Of a DNA stretch of 64,000 nucleotides, positions 18,680 through 26,719 are shown piece after piece. Below the pieces are notes generated by a model. That model was not told the DNA's origin. It ran no database searches and saw only the letters and a list, made by a program, of their open reading frames with translations. Each line of letters begins with the position of its first letter. Position 1 is the stretch's first letter. Both the position numbers and the translations under genes were made by a program. Origin of the DNA: Sphingomonadales bacterium (lineage in GTDB: Bacteria > Bacteroidota > Bacteroidia > UBA7662); the NCBI GenBank assembly GCA_016872215.1, contig VHAX01000001.1:54004-118003 (forward strand), given 5' to 3'.

Positions 18680-21334
18680 ATGGCGTTGTCAACCACCTAC
18701 AATCCGGCCCAGACAGAAGAGAAATGGTATGATCTCTGGCTGCAACACGCCTGTTTCCGTTCACAACCCGATCACAGGCCAGCCTATTCACTGGTCATCC
18801 CCCCACCCAACGTGACCGGGGTGCTGCACCTCGGACATATGCTTAACAACACCATTCAGGATGTTTTGGCACGCAAGGCCAGGCTCGACGGAAAGAATGT
18901 TTGCTGGGTACCCGGCACCGACCATGCATCGATCGCCACGGAAACCAAAGTGGTGAATATGCTGCAGGAACAAGGCATTAAAAAGGATGACATAGGCCGT
19001 GATGAGTTTTTGCGCCACGCCTGGGCATGGAAAGAGAAATATGGTGGCATTATCCTCCACCAACTCAAAAAACTGGGAGCCTCGCTTGACTGGGAACGCG
19101 AAGCGTTTACGATGTCGCCCGAACTCAGCGGATCGGTCACGGATGTATTCATTGACTTATACCACAAAGGCTATGTATACCGCGGTGTACGTATGGTGAA
19201 CTGGGATCCGGCCGGAAAAACAGCAGTGGCCGACGATGAAGTCATCTTCAAAACAGTAGCCTCGCGGATGTGTCACCTTCGTTACCGCTTCGTGGATCGT
19301 CCCGATGAATATCTCGTGGTGGCCACGGTGCGGCCTGAAACCATTATGGCTGACCGCGCAGTGTGTGTACACCCCGATGACCCCCGCTACCAGCACCTGC
19401 ACGGACAAATGCTTCGCATACCGCTCACGGGAAGAGCCATTCCAATCATTGCAGACCCTTTTGTGAGCATAGACTTTGGCACGGGCTGCCTCAAAGTAAC
19501 CCCGGCACATGACCCCAACGACTACGTCCTTGGGCAGAAATTCGGCCTTGAGATTGTAGACATCCTCGACGATACTGGAAAAATAAACGAGAAATCCGAA
19601 ATTTTGGTGGGAGAAGATCGGTTAGTGGCCCGCAAAAAGATTATTAACCTAATCAGCGAAGCCGGCGACCTCGAGAAAATCGAAGACTATCAAAGCAATG
19701 TTGGCCACAGCGAACGCACCAACGCGGTAATCGAGCCCCGCCTAAGCATGCAGTGGTTTGTTCGAATGGACGAGCTCACCCGGCCTGCACTCGAGGACGT
19801 GCTATCAGGGGCTGTACGGTTGCACCCCGACAAATTCATGGGCACCTATAGGCATTGGATGGACAATGTGCGCGACTGGTGCATATCCCGACAATTGTGG
19901 TGGGGACACCGCATTCCGGCCTGGTATGCCCCCGACGGAAGCGTTTGGGTGGAACGAACGGCAGAGGAAGCCGCGGCCCTCAGCGGTGGGCGCTGGAACG
20001 CGGCCGACTTATCGCAGGACGAAGATGTTCTAGATACCTGGTTTTCGAGTTGGCTTTGGCCCCTCACCGTATTCGACCCCGAAATCACCCATAAGACACC
20101 TGCTGAGGCCAACACCGACCTGCGCTACTACTACCCCACCCAGGTGCTGGTGACGGGCCCCGACATCCTTTTCTTTTGGGTGGCCCGCATGATGATGGCC
20201 GGAAGAATATACATGAACCAAATTCCCTTCCACGATGTATATCTGACCGGTATTGTGCGCGACAAACAAGGGAGAAAGATGTCGAAATCGCTGGGGAATA
20301 GTCCCGACCCCCTTGACCTGATCGAGCGCTACGGCGCCGACAGCCTACGCATGGGCCTGCTCCTGAGTTCGCCCGCAGGCAACGACCTGCTGTATGATGA
20401 GGCGCTTGTAGCACAAGGACGGAATTTTGCCAATAAAATCTGGAACGCTTTCCGCCTGATTAAGGGATGGCAACAGGCATTACAAGATGCCAGAAATCCC
20501 TCCGAAACACCCAGCATCCAAGGCGATCTGTCCGATTTGCACCCAGCTGTTGAATGGTTTGGCCACCGCCTGCATCAATTCCGACTACAAATGGAAAGCG
20601 ATTACGCAAAATTTCGTTTGTCGGATGTGGCCCAAGGTCTGTATAAACTCATCTGGGATGATTTCTGCTCGTGGTATCTCGAGATGGTAAAGCCCCCCTA
20701 TGGCAGCACCATCGAAGAAGATGTTCTGACTGCAACACGCCTGTATCTCGATACCTTGTTGCAGTACCTACACCCGGTAATGCCCTTCCTGACCGAAGAA
20801 CTTTGGCATGCACTCGACCCCGACCGTCAGGATTCGGATTTTATAGGACTCACTTCCCTACCCGGACGAGTTGAACCGAATCTGGGCATCCTCCACAACA
20901 CGGGGCAAGTACAAGAGATCATCATCCAATTACGGAATTTCAGAAACGAGCGACAATTGTCGCCCAAACACCCCATATCGCTATGGTTGCCGGGAACTCC
21001 CCACCTGCGCCGCTATTCATCGACTATTGCCCGTATGGCTGGTTGTGGATCAATCAATTGGGGCAAGCCCGAGCAAGAATCGCAGTGTATTCAATTTTTG
21101 GCCTTCACCGATGTTTGCTATGCCGACTTGGGCCTTCCCCAGAATTCACAGGCCAATCGTGAACGGATTCAATCTGAAATCGAATACCTGGAAGGATTTC
21201 TGGTATCGGTCCAAAAAAAGCTGTCGAACGAGCGATTCGTGGCCTCAGCCACGGAAGCTGTTCTGGCTAAAGAAAGGCAGAAAGAGGCCGACGCACGCCT
21301 CAAGCTGGAGAATCTGCGGAAAGCAATTTCCTGA
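18680..21334 (+). CDS. valS: Valine--tRNA ligase
   Basis: 884 aa. HIGH motif PPNVTGVLHLGH, KMSKS motif GRKMSKSLGNSPDP, and N-terminus TTYNPAQTEEKWY typical of ValS. Confidence 0.95.
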   Translation: MALSTTYNPAQTEEKWYDLWLQHACFRSQPDHRPAYSLVIPPPNVTGVLHLGHMLNNTIQDVLARKARLDGKNVCWVPGTDHASIATETKVVNMLQEQGIKKDDIGRDEFLRHAWAWKEKYGGIILHQLKKLGASLDWEREAFTMSPELSGSVTDVFIDLYHKGYVYRGVRMVNWDPAGKTAVADDEVIFKTVASRMCHLRYRFVDRPDEYLVVATVRPETIMADRAVCVHPDDPRYQHLHGQMLRIPLTGRAIPIIADPFVSIDFGTGCLKVTPAHDPNDYVLGQKFGLEIVDILDDTGKINEKSEILVGEDRLVARKKIINLISEAGDLEKIEDYQSNVGHSERTNAVIEPRLSMQWFVRMDELTRPALEDVLSGAVRLHPDKFMGTYRHWMDNVRDWCISRQLWWGHRIPAWYAPDGSVWVERTAEEAAALSGGRWNAADLSQDEDVLDTWFSSWLWPLTVFDPEITHKTPAEANTDLRYYYPTQVLVTGPDILFFWVARMMMAGRIYMNQIPFHDVYLTGIVRDKQGRKMSKSLGNSPDPLDLIERYGADSLRMGLLLSSPAGNDLLYDEALVAQGRNFANKIWNAFRLIKGWQQALQDARNPSETPSIQGDLSDLHPAVEWFGHRLHQFRLQMESDYAKFRLSDVAQGLYKLIWDDFCSWYLEMVKPPYGSTIEEDVLTATRLYLDTLLQYLHPVMPFLTEELWHALDPDRQDSDFIGLTSLPGRVEPNLGILHNTGQVQEIIIQLRNFRNERQLSPKHPISLWLPGTPHLRRYSSTIARMAGCGSINWGKPEQESQCIQFLAFTDVCYADLGLPQNSQANRERIQSEIEYLEGFLVSVQKKLSNERFVASATEAVLAKERQKEADARLKLENLRKAIS

Positions 21335-22439
21335 CAAATTCCTCCCAGCTGAATTCCTGTTTTTTAACAGCCACGCGAGCCGACATCTCAGTGTGTCGAT
21401 TTCTCAACAAAAAATCAAGCATACAATCCGCGATTTTTTCCGGATTCGGTGGGCAGACATAACCAGACTGATTTGCATCAACCAACTCGGCCAGACCACC
21501 CACATCCGTCACTAACATCGGGGTATTGTAATGAAATCCAATCTGGGTTACCCCACTCTGTGTGGCGTGGTGATAGGTTTGGGTAACCAAATCCGCGGCA
21601 GAAAACAACAACCGCACTTCATCATTCTTGATGAAGCGGGTCATCAAAACCAGATGGGGAGCCAGATTGCGCTCCTGAATAATGCGGTTGTAGCGGTCGG
21701 GTGACTCATAAAACTCGCCCGCAACCACCAATCTGACCCGGTGCGACCTCAATCGCTCATCCGCAAACGCCTCCAACAACAAGTCGAGGCCTTTATAGGC
21801 CCGGATAAAACCAAAATACAGGAAACAGGTGAACTCAGGATCTAAACCCAGCGCTTCACAGGCCAACCGACGATCAACCGGTTCGCCAAAATTATCGTAG
21901 AGGGGATGCTTGAGTCGAACCGAAGGCCGCCGATAACCCAACGCCAGTAAATCGGCCCGAACGGAGACACTAAGGGTTGCCGCCGCATCCGTCTGGGCTA
22001 AAAAAAAGCGAGTCAGCCATTCCGAAAAGGGAAAGGATTCATGCGGGATAATGTTGTCGACCAGCGCAATGCGCTTCGCCCTAGAACCCAATAAGTGTGA
22101 CCAAAACGAGAGCATTCCCAGACAAGGCGCCATAAAAGGCATCCAATACCGAAGAATTAAATAATCGGCGCGAAAACGGCACACATAGCGCGCCGTAAAA
22201 AACCAATTGATCGGATTCAGCGCATGCAGCAACACGCGGATCACCAATCCTTCCGGGGCAGGCTCCTCGCTCATCTGGGTTTTGCCTGGAAATAGCCAAC
22301 CAGGGTATTGCATCGTGAAGGTGATGATCTCCACCTCATGACCCTGAACCTGAAGGCTATAAGCCAGACGTTCATTGAACGTGGCCATTCCTCCTGCCCG
22401 CAGTGGCCACGCAGGGCCCACAATGAGCACCTTACTCAA
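21300..22439 (-). CDS. Glycosyltransferase family 4 (GT-B, GT4/GT1-like)
   Basis: N-terminus (TTG start) SKVLIVGPAWPLRAGGMATFNERLAYSLQVQGHEVEIIT and a C-terminal E...E-type sugar-donor domain. Overlaps the 3' end of valS convergently and overlaps the upstream GT2 stop by 8 nt. Confidence 0.7.
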   Translation of the reverse strand: MSKVLIVGPAWPLRAGGMATFNERLAYSLQVQGHEVEIITFTMQYPGWLFPGKTQMSEEPAPEGLVIRVLLHALNPINWFFTARYVCRFRADYLILRYWMPFMAPCLGMLSFWSHLLGSRAKRIALVDNIIPHESFPFSEWLTRFFLAQTDAAATLSVSVRADLLALGYRRPSVRLKHPLYDNFGEPVDRRLACEALGLDPEFTCFLYFGFIRAYKGLDLLLEAFADERLRSHRVRLVVAGEFYESPDRYNRIIQERNLAPHLVLMTRFIKNDEVRLLFSAADLVTQTYHHATQSGVTQIGFHYNTPMLVTDVGGLAELVDANQSGYVCPPNPEKIADCMLDFLLRNRHTEMSARVAVKKQEFSWEEFVRKLLSADSPA

Positions 22440-23406
22440 ATCCGGTTCTTTGACTGATTAAATACCGATTGCGGTCGGCCGAATTTCGGGTAACGAGCTC
22501 CGCCAAAAATCCGGTCAAAAAAAGCTGCGCCCCAACCACGATCAGCACCAGCGACAAAAAGAACAAAGGCTGTTGGGTAACCGACCGATAAGGCAATGAA
22601 AAGGCTATGTTATACAATTTCAGACCGATTAGAAAAAAGGTGATAACACCCCCTGTAACAAAACAAAGGGTGCCGTATAGTCCAAAAAAATGCATCGGAC
22701 GCCTGTCGAATTTGGACATGAAGTAGATCGACATCAAATCCAAAAATCCGTTTATAAAACGATCCATGCCAAACTTGGTGTGCCCGTATTTGCGTGCTTT
22801 ATGCTGAACCACCTGTTCCTCTATTTTTCGGAAACCGGCCCAACGGGCAATCACCGGAATGTAGCGATGCATCTCACCATAAACCTCAATACTCTTAACA
22901 ACCCTCGAATGATATGCTTTTAGTCCACAGTTAAAATCATGCAGATTGCGAACGCCAGATACCTTACGGGTGGCCCAGTTGAACAAGTGCGTCGGGATGG
23001 TCTTACTTAACGGATCGTATCGCTTCTTCTTCCAACCACTCAAAATATCCAACTGTTCTTGCTGCATCCGCTTGTACATATCCGGCAACTCATCTGGGGA
23101 GTCTTGGAGGTCGGCATCCATCGTGAATACAATCTCTCCACGAGCTGCCTCAAAACCCACATTCAGTGCAGGGGATTTACCATAATTCCGCTGGAATCGA
23201 ATTCCGCGCACCTGGCCCGGGTACTGCTCAGATTGGCGCGCGATCACAGACCATGAATCGTCGGTGCTACCGTCGTCGATGTAAATGATTTCAAATGACA
23301 AATTACTCCGCATCAGAACCTCCACGATCCAACGGGTGAGTTCGGGAAGCGATTCCTCTTCATTCAACTGAGGAATCACGACTGAAATATTCAACGGATT
23401 ATTCAT
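22432..23406 (-). CDS. Glycosyltransferase family 2, polyprenyl-phosphate sugar synthase type (DPM1/GtrB-like) with C-terminal TM helices
   Basis: MNNPLNISVVIPQLNEEESL...IIYIDDGSTDDS...FTMDADLQDSP (DXD). Two C-terminal hydrophobic helices. The start ATG at 23406 overlaps the stop of the upstream DUF4199 gene (ATGAATAA). Confidence 0.75.
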   Translation of the reverse strand: MNNPLNISVVIPQLNEEESLPELTRWIVEVLMRSNLSFEIIYIDDGSTDDSWSVIARQSEQYPGQVRGIRFQRNYGKSPALNVGFEAARGEIVFTMDADLQDSPDELPDMYKRMQQEQLDILSGWKKKRYDPLSKTIPTHLFNWATRKVSGVRNLHDFNCGLKAYHSRVVKSIEVYGEMHRYIPVIARWAGFRKIEEQVVQHKARKYGHTKFGMDRFINGFLDLMSIYFMSKFDRRPMHFFGLYGTLCFVTGGVITFFLIGLKLYNIAFSLPYRSVTQQPLFFLSLVLIVVGAQLFLTGFLAELVTRNSADRNRYLISQRTGFE

Positions 23407-23998
23407 GGTCCTGCGCTGAATCATCCATGAATAAGGGCTCATTCTTCCTTGTGAAGGCTGAAGCAATCAACGCCAAAAACAAGCCAACTATAACCAAAAT
23501 CATCCAGGATGTGGCCAGCGCCCGTGGGGTCTGGCTAAAATCACGTTCCTCAATAGCCTCCAGCTGCTCCTCTATTTGTTCACTCGGCACATCAAACTTC
23601 TCCAGCATTTGTTCCACTTGTTCAAGCGTGATCTCCTTCATATGTTCGTCCAATCCCTTGTCAATAACATTGTAAAGAACCCACATGAAGGCTACGTTGA
23701 GCAAAGTACCCAGCATACATACGCGCAACATCACCCACACACTCGTTCCATAATTCATCCAACCCCCCCCCTCTTCACGGCGATGCTCTAAGGCTGCCCC
23801 TACCATGAGGGCCACCAGCAACCCAATCGACAACAGAGAATTCCACCAGGCAATCATCAAAGCCGGATCAATTATGTATTGCACCGCAATAAAAGCAATC
23901 TGCAACACGCCTGTAATCAAACCCCATTTCAGCCAAACAGGCCATCCGCCCCTCTCTTCTTCGAGCGGATCCTTATAGAAATTGTGATCCCGATTCAT
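23399..23998 (-). CDS. DUF4199-like small membrane protein
   Basis: 199 aa with four predicted TM segments and an acidic coiled-coil insert (EHMKEITLEQVEQMLEKFDVPSEQIEEQLEAIEE). The family assignment is tentative. Confidence 0.45.
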   Translation of the reverse strand: MNRDHNFYKDPLEEERGGWPVWLKWGLITGVLQIAFIAVQYIIDPALMIAWWNSLLSIGLLVALMVGAALEHRREEGGGWMNYGTSVWVMLRVCMLGTLLNVAFMWVLYNVIDKGLDEHMKEITLEQVEQMLEKFDVPSEQIEEQLEAIEERDFSQTPRALATSWMILVIVGLFLALIASAFTRKNEPLFMDDSAQDHE

Positions 23999-24046
23999 TT
24001 TGATTGGCTTTATGGGTACAAAGTAAAGAAAAAGGAATGAAACCTC

Positions 24047-24565
24047 TTAGGAGGTTCGGTAATACAAGGAAACTAAAAAGGCAGTGAATACCGACCAAAA
24101 AAAGCGCGTGACCCAGAGGAAGGATGCCAGGAACGATGGGGTGGTTTCAAAAATACCATTTCGAAGCAACTCGGGCTGTTGTTCGTCGTAGTACTTAACG
24201 ATCGTGGCCCTGCCCTGATCGAGTTCCTCCAACAATCCCTGCACATATAGCTGCCATACCGCATCGTTCATGGTCCACATCCAAACCACCACAGAATAAG
24301 CAGTAGCGTTCAGCATACCGATTCCTACACCAGCCACCAAGCCATCCGTTACATTAAGCTGACCATTATTGTGGTCACGCCGAAACTTCCTGAGAGCCCA
24401 CACCATACCCGCAACGGTCGTTACAGACAGCAGCAAACGAAATTGCCCGAACGGATTGTAGCTAAATTGGATCAGCAGCCAAGCCAGAATCCAGGTCGCC
24501 CCTGCGGTGGCCAGACCCGCCCTGAACCCAACCGTTTGCATCATATAGCGAAAACGCTCGCGCAT
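24047..24565 (-). CDS. DUF4199-like small membrane protein (paralogue of the 23399-23998 gene)
   Basis: 172 aa, with the same 4-TM topology and similar W-rich helices (VVVWMWTMNDAVWQLYVQGLLEE). Confidence 0.4.
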   Translation of the reverse strand: MRERFRYMMQTVGFRAGLATAGATWILAWLLIQFSYNPFGQFRLLLSVTTVAGMVWALRKFRRDHNNGQLNVTDGLVAGVGIGMLNATAYSVVVWMWTMNDAVWQLYVQGLLEELDQGRATIVKYYDEQQPELLRNGIFETTPSFLASFLWVTRFFWSVFTAFLVSLYYRTS

Positions 24566-24569
24566 GGAA

Positions 24570-25436
24570 TCAGCTGTGTTGGATCAAGCCAAAAAATAAA
24601 CTCTGCACCGAATTGGGACGTAAATGTTGGGGAAAACACCATTCGGATTTGAGCGCTGCCATCAGGCACATGTAAACTGGAAGTATGTGCTTGTCGACCA
24701 ACCGGGCTGAAAATACATAGCCCATCCCGTGCATCGGGTCTGCAGGATCCTTGAAAAAGCACATCAAACCGGGCAGGAGTCCATCCAAAGGGGTGCCTAC
24801 CGACACGTTCAGGCTCTCACGGATGAGTCGGGGGTAGGGAAATGCCATACTGCTTGATTGTTGAATCAATACTTCAAATACGGCCAGGTCGTCCTGCAGG
24901 TCAAAATCTTCATCGGTCAGAAAGGCATCTACAAAATCATTCAGATCCGCTTCTAGTCCCGACGCATTCACCTCCTGCAAATACATCAATACAGTCAGCA
25001 ATTCACTACCCCTATCCACTAACATCTCCTCATCGGCCAGCCAGACCTCATTCAAATCGCCCTTGGCGCATTCCTCACTCAGCCAGTAGGTATAGCTTAC
25101 ATCAAACAGAAAATGCGCCGATTCCTCGTCAATCAGATAGCGATCCACAAAGCCGTCAAGCTGTGCTACTCGTGCCCGCAGTTGGCCCGGACAATTCCAA
25201 ACCTGATCCAGGAACTCGTCCCATATCGATAAAGACGCACCCTCTTTCTTTCCGGCCGCGTCGATGGCCACGGCAATGGCGGAATTACTTATGATGCCGG
25301 GGCGGACGGAGGAATCCGCCGCTGAATCGGGTAGACAACCGGTTCTGATCCAATTCGACTCATTGGCGAAGATTGGGGTGTTGCTCAACAGGAATCCGGA
25401 GAACAGCGCCTCGGCCGCCAGCTTCCAGGTTTGCAT
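24570..25436 (-). CDS. Hypothetical acidic protein (288 aa), translationally coupled to the dihydroorotase-like gene
   Basis: Open frame with strongly acidic Asp/Glu-rich composition. Its start overlaps the upstream stop by 1 nt (TAATG). No recognisable family. Confidence 0.4.
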   Translation of the reverse strand: MQTWKLAAEALFSGFLLSNTPIFANESNWIRTGCLPDSAADSSVRPGIISNSAIAVAIDAAGKKEGASLSIWDEFLDQVWNCPGQLRARVAQLDGFVDRYLIDEESAHFLFDVSYTYWLSEECAKGDLNEVWLADEEMLVDRGSELLTVLMYLQEVNASGLEADLNDFVDAFLTDEDFDLQDDLAVFEVLIQQSSSMAFPYPRLIRESLNVSVGTPLDGLLPGLMCFFKDPADPMHGMGYVFSARLVDKHILPVYMCLMAALKSEWCFPQHLRPNSVQSLFFGLIQHS

Positions 25437-26701
25437 TATGGTAAATAGGTTTGTTTTTTATGAAGAACGGCACGGATGCGCCCTGCAAATGATTGTCCAT
25501 GGTAGGGAATGTTAACTCCCCGGGTGGCGCACAGATCCTTGTCGAACCGGGTGTAATCCCCCCTGTCAAATACCATAAACTCTGCTTCCTGACCCCGCTC
25601 GATCCGGGCTTGCTCCACTCCCAATCGCCGTGCGGGTCGGGAAGTGATGGCGTCTATCGCTTTTTCCAATTCCTTTTCCTGCTGAAATACGGAATGCACC
25701 AGTAAAAAAACCACTTCCAAAGAAGCTATTCCATATTCTGCCCGTGCAAATTCTACATCCTTTCCCTGCTCATCCTCGGGCATATGATCCGAACAAATCA
25801 CATCTATACTGCCATCGAGAACACCCATACGCAATTGCTCCCGATCACCCAAAGCCCTTAACGGCGGCCAAAGCTTATAGTCTGTCTCAAAACGCTCCAG
25901 GTCCTCATCACAATGGTACAAATGAGCCGCTGTCACCCCACAGGTCACATCCAGACCCGCCTCCCTGGCCTGGCGAATAAACTTAAGACTACCTGCACTG
26001 CTGATCTTAGTGAAATGCAGTTGACCCCCGAAATAGGTCAGCACCGCCAAATCGCGCATCACCTGTATGTGCTCTGCCAAATCCGGAATGCCCTTAAGGC
26101 CCAATCGCAGGCTCACCTGGCCCTCATGCATGAGTCCACCCCGTGACAAATCCTGATCCGCTGGAACAATCTGAACGGGACAACCCACCTGCCGGGCATA
26201 CTGAAGCGCCAGCCCCAGGGTACGAGCAGATTCCATAGGGGCATCAGCCTGGGAAAACATCCGTACCCCCGCCCTATGCAAGTCGAACATCTCAGTGATT
26301 TCCTGCCCCTTTAAATCGCGCGTCAGCGCACCGGCAACATACAGTTCGACCGGTAAGCCCTGAGCCAATTTGTGTATGGCCTCAACTTCCCCTCTGCTCT
26401 GCAGCACAGGATGGGTGTCGGGCTGGAGAAGGACACGCGTAAATCCACCGCGAAAGGCCGCCTCAGAACCGCTTCGGAGTGACTCCTTGAACTCGTGCCC
26501 GGGTTCCCTGAATCGGGCACAAGTATCGACCCAGCCCGGACACATCCAAAGATCATGGCCCACGATTTCCTGTGCCTCACCCAACTCCAAATGCTCATCC
26601 AGTTCCTCCAATCGCCCATTTCGAACCCGTACATCCATACGCTTACCATGATGAGAGGAGCCCCTCTGGGTAATTCGCACTGATCTGAACAATAGATGCA
26701 T
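25436..26701 (-). CDS. Dihydroorotase-like amidohydrolase with a degenerate first metal-binding motif (possible PyrC-prime pseudoenzyme)
   Basis: 421 aa. DVRVRNGRLEEL...HDLWMCPGWVDTCARFREPGHEFKESLRSGSEAAFRGGFTRVL aligns to the DHOase PG.ID.HVHLREPG...KE...G..AA..GGFT block, but with D-T-C-A-R in place of D-x-H-x-H. A later block, VICSDHMPEDE, stands where DHOases have DHAPH. Confidence 0.6.
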   Translation of the reverse strand: MHLLFRSVRITQRGSSHHGKRMDVRVRNGRLEELDEHLELGEAQEIVGHDLWMCPGWVDTCARFREPGHEFKESLRSGSEAAFRGGFTRVLLQPDTHPVLQSRGEVEAIHKLAQGLPVELYVAGALTRDLKGQEITEMFDLHRAGVRMFSQADAPMESARTLGLALQYARQVGCPVQIVPADQDLSRGGLMHEGQVSLRLGLKGIPDLAEHIQVMRDLAVLTYFGGQLHFTKISSAGSLKFIRQAREAGLDVTCGVTAAHLYHCDEDLERFETDYKLWPPLRALGDREQLRMGVLDGSIDVICSDHMPEDEQGKDVEFARAEYGIASLEVVFLLVHSVFQQEKELEKAIDAITSRPARRLGVEQARIERGQEAEFMVFDRGDYTRFDKDLCATRGVNIPYHGQSFAGRIRAVLHKKQTYLP

Positions 26702-26719
26702 AAAAAGTAATGAGTAGAA

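Noticed and set aside
20871-21515. A 214-aa plus-strand ORF overlapping the valS 3' end
   Set aside because: It is an alternative frame of the valS C-terminus and of the antisense GT4 gene, and is most likely spurious.
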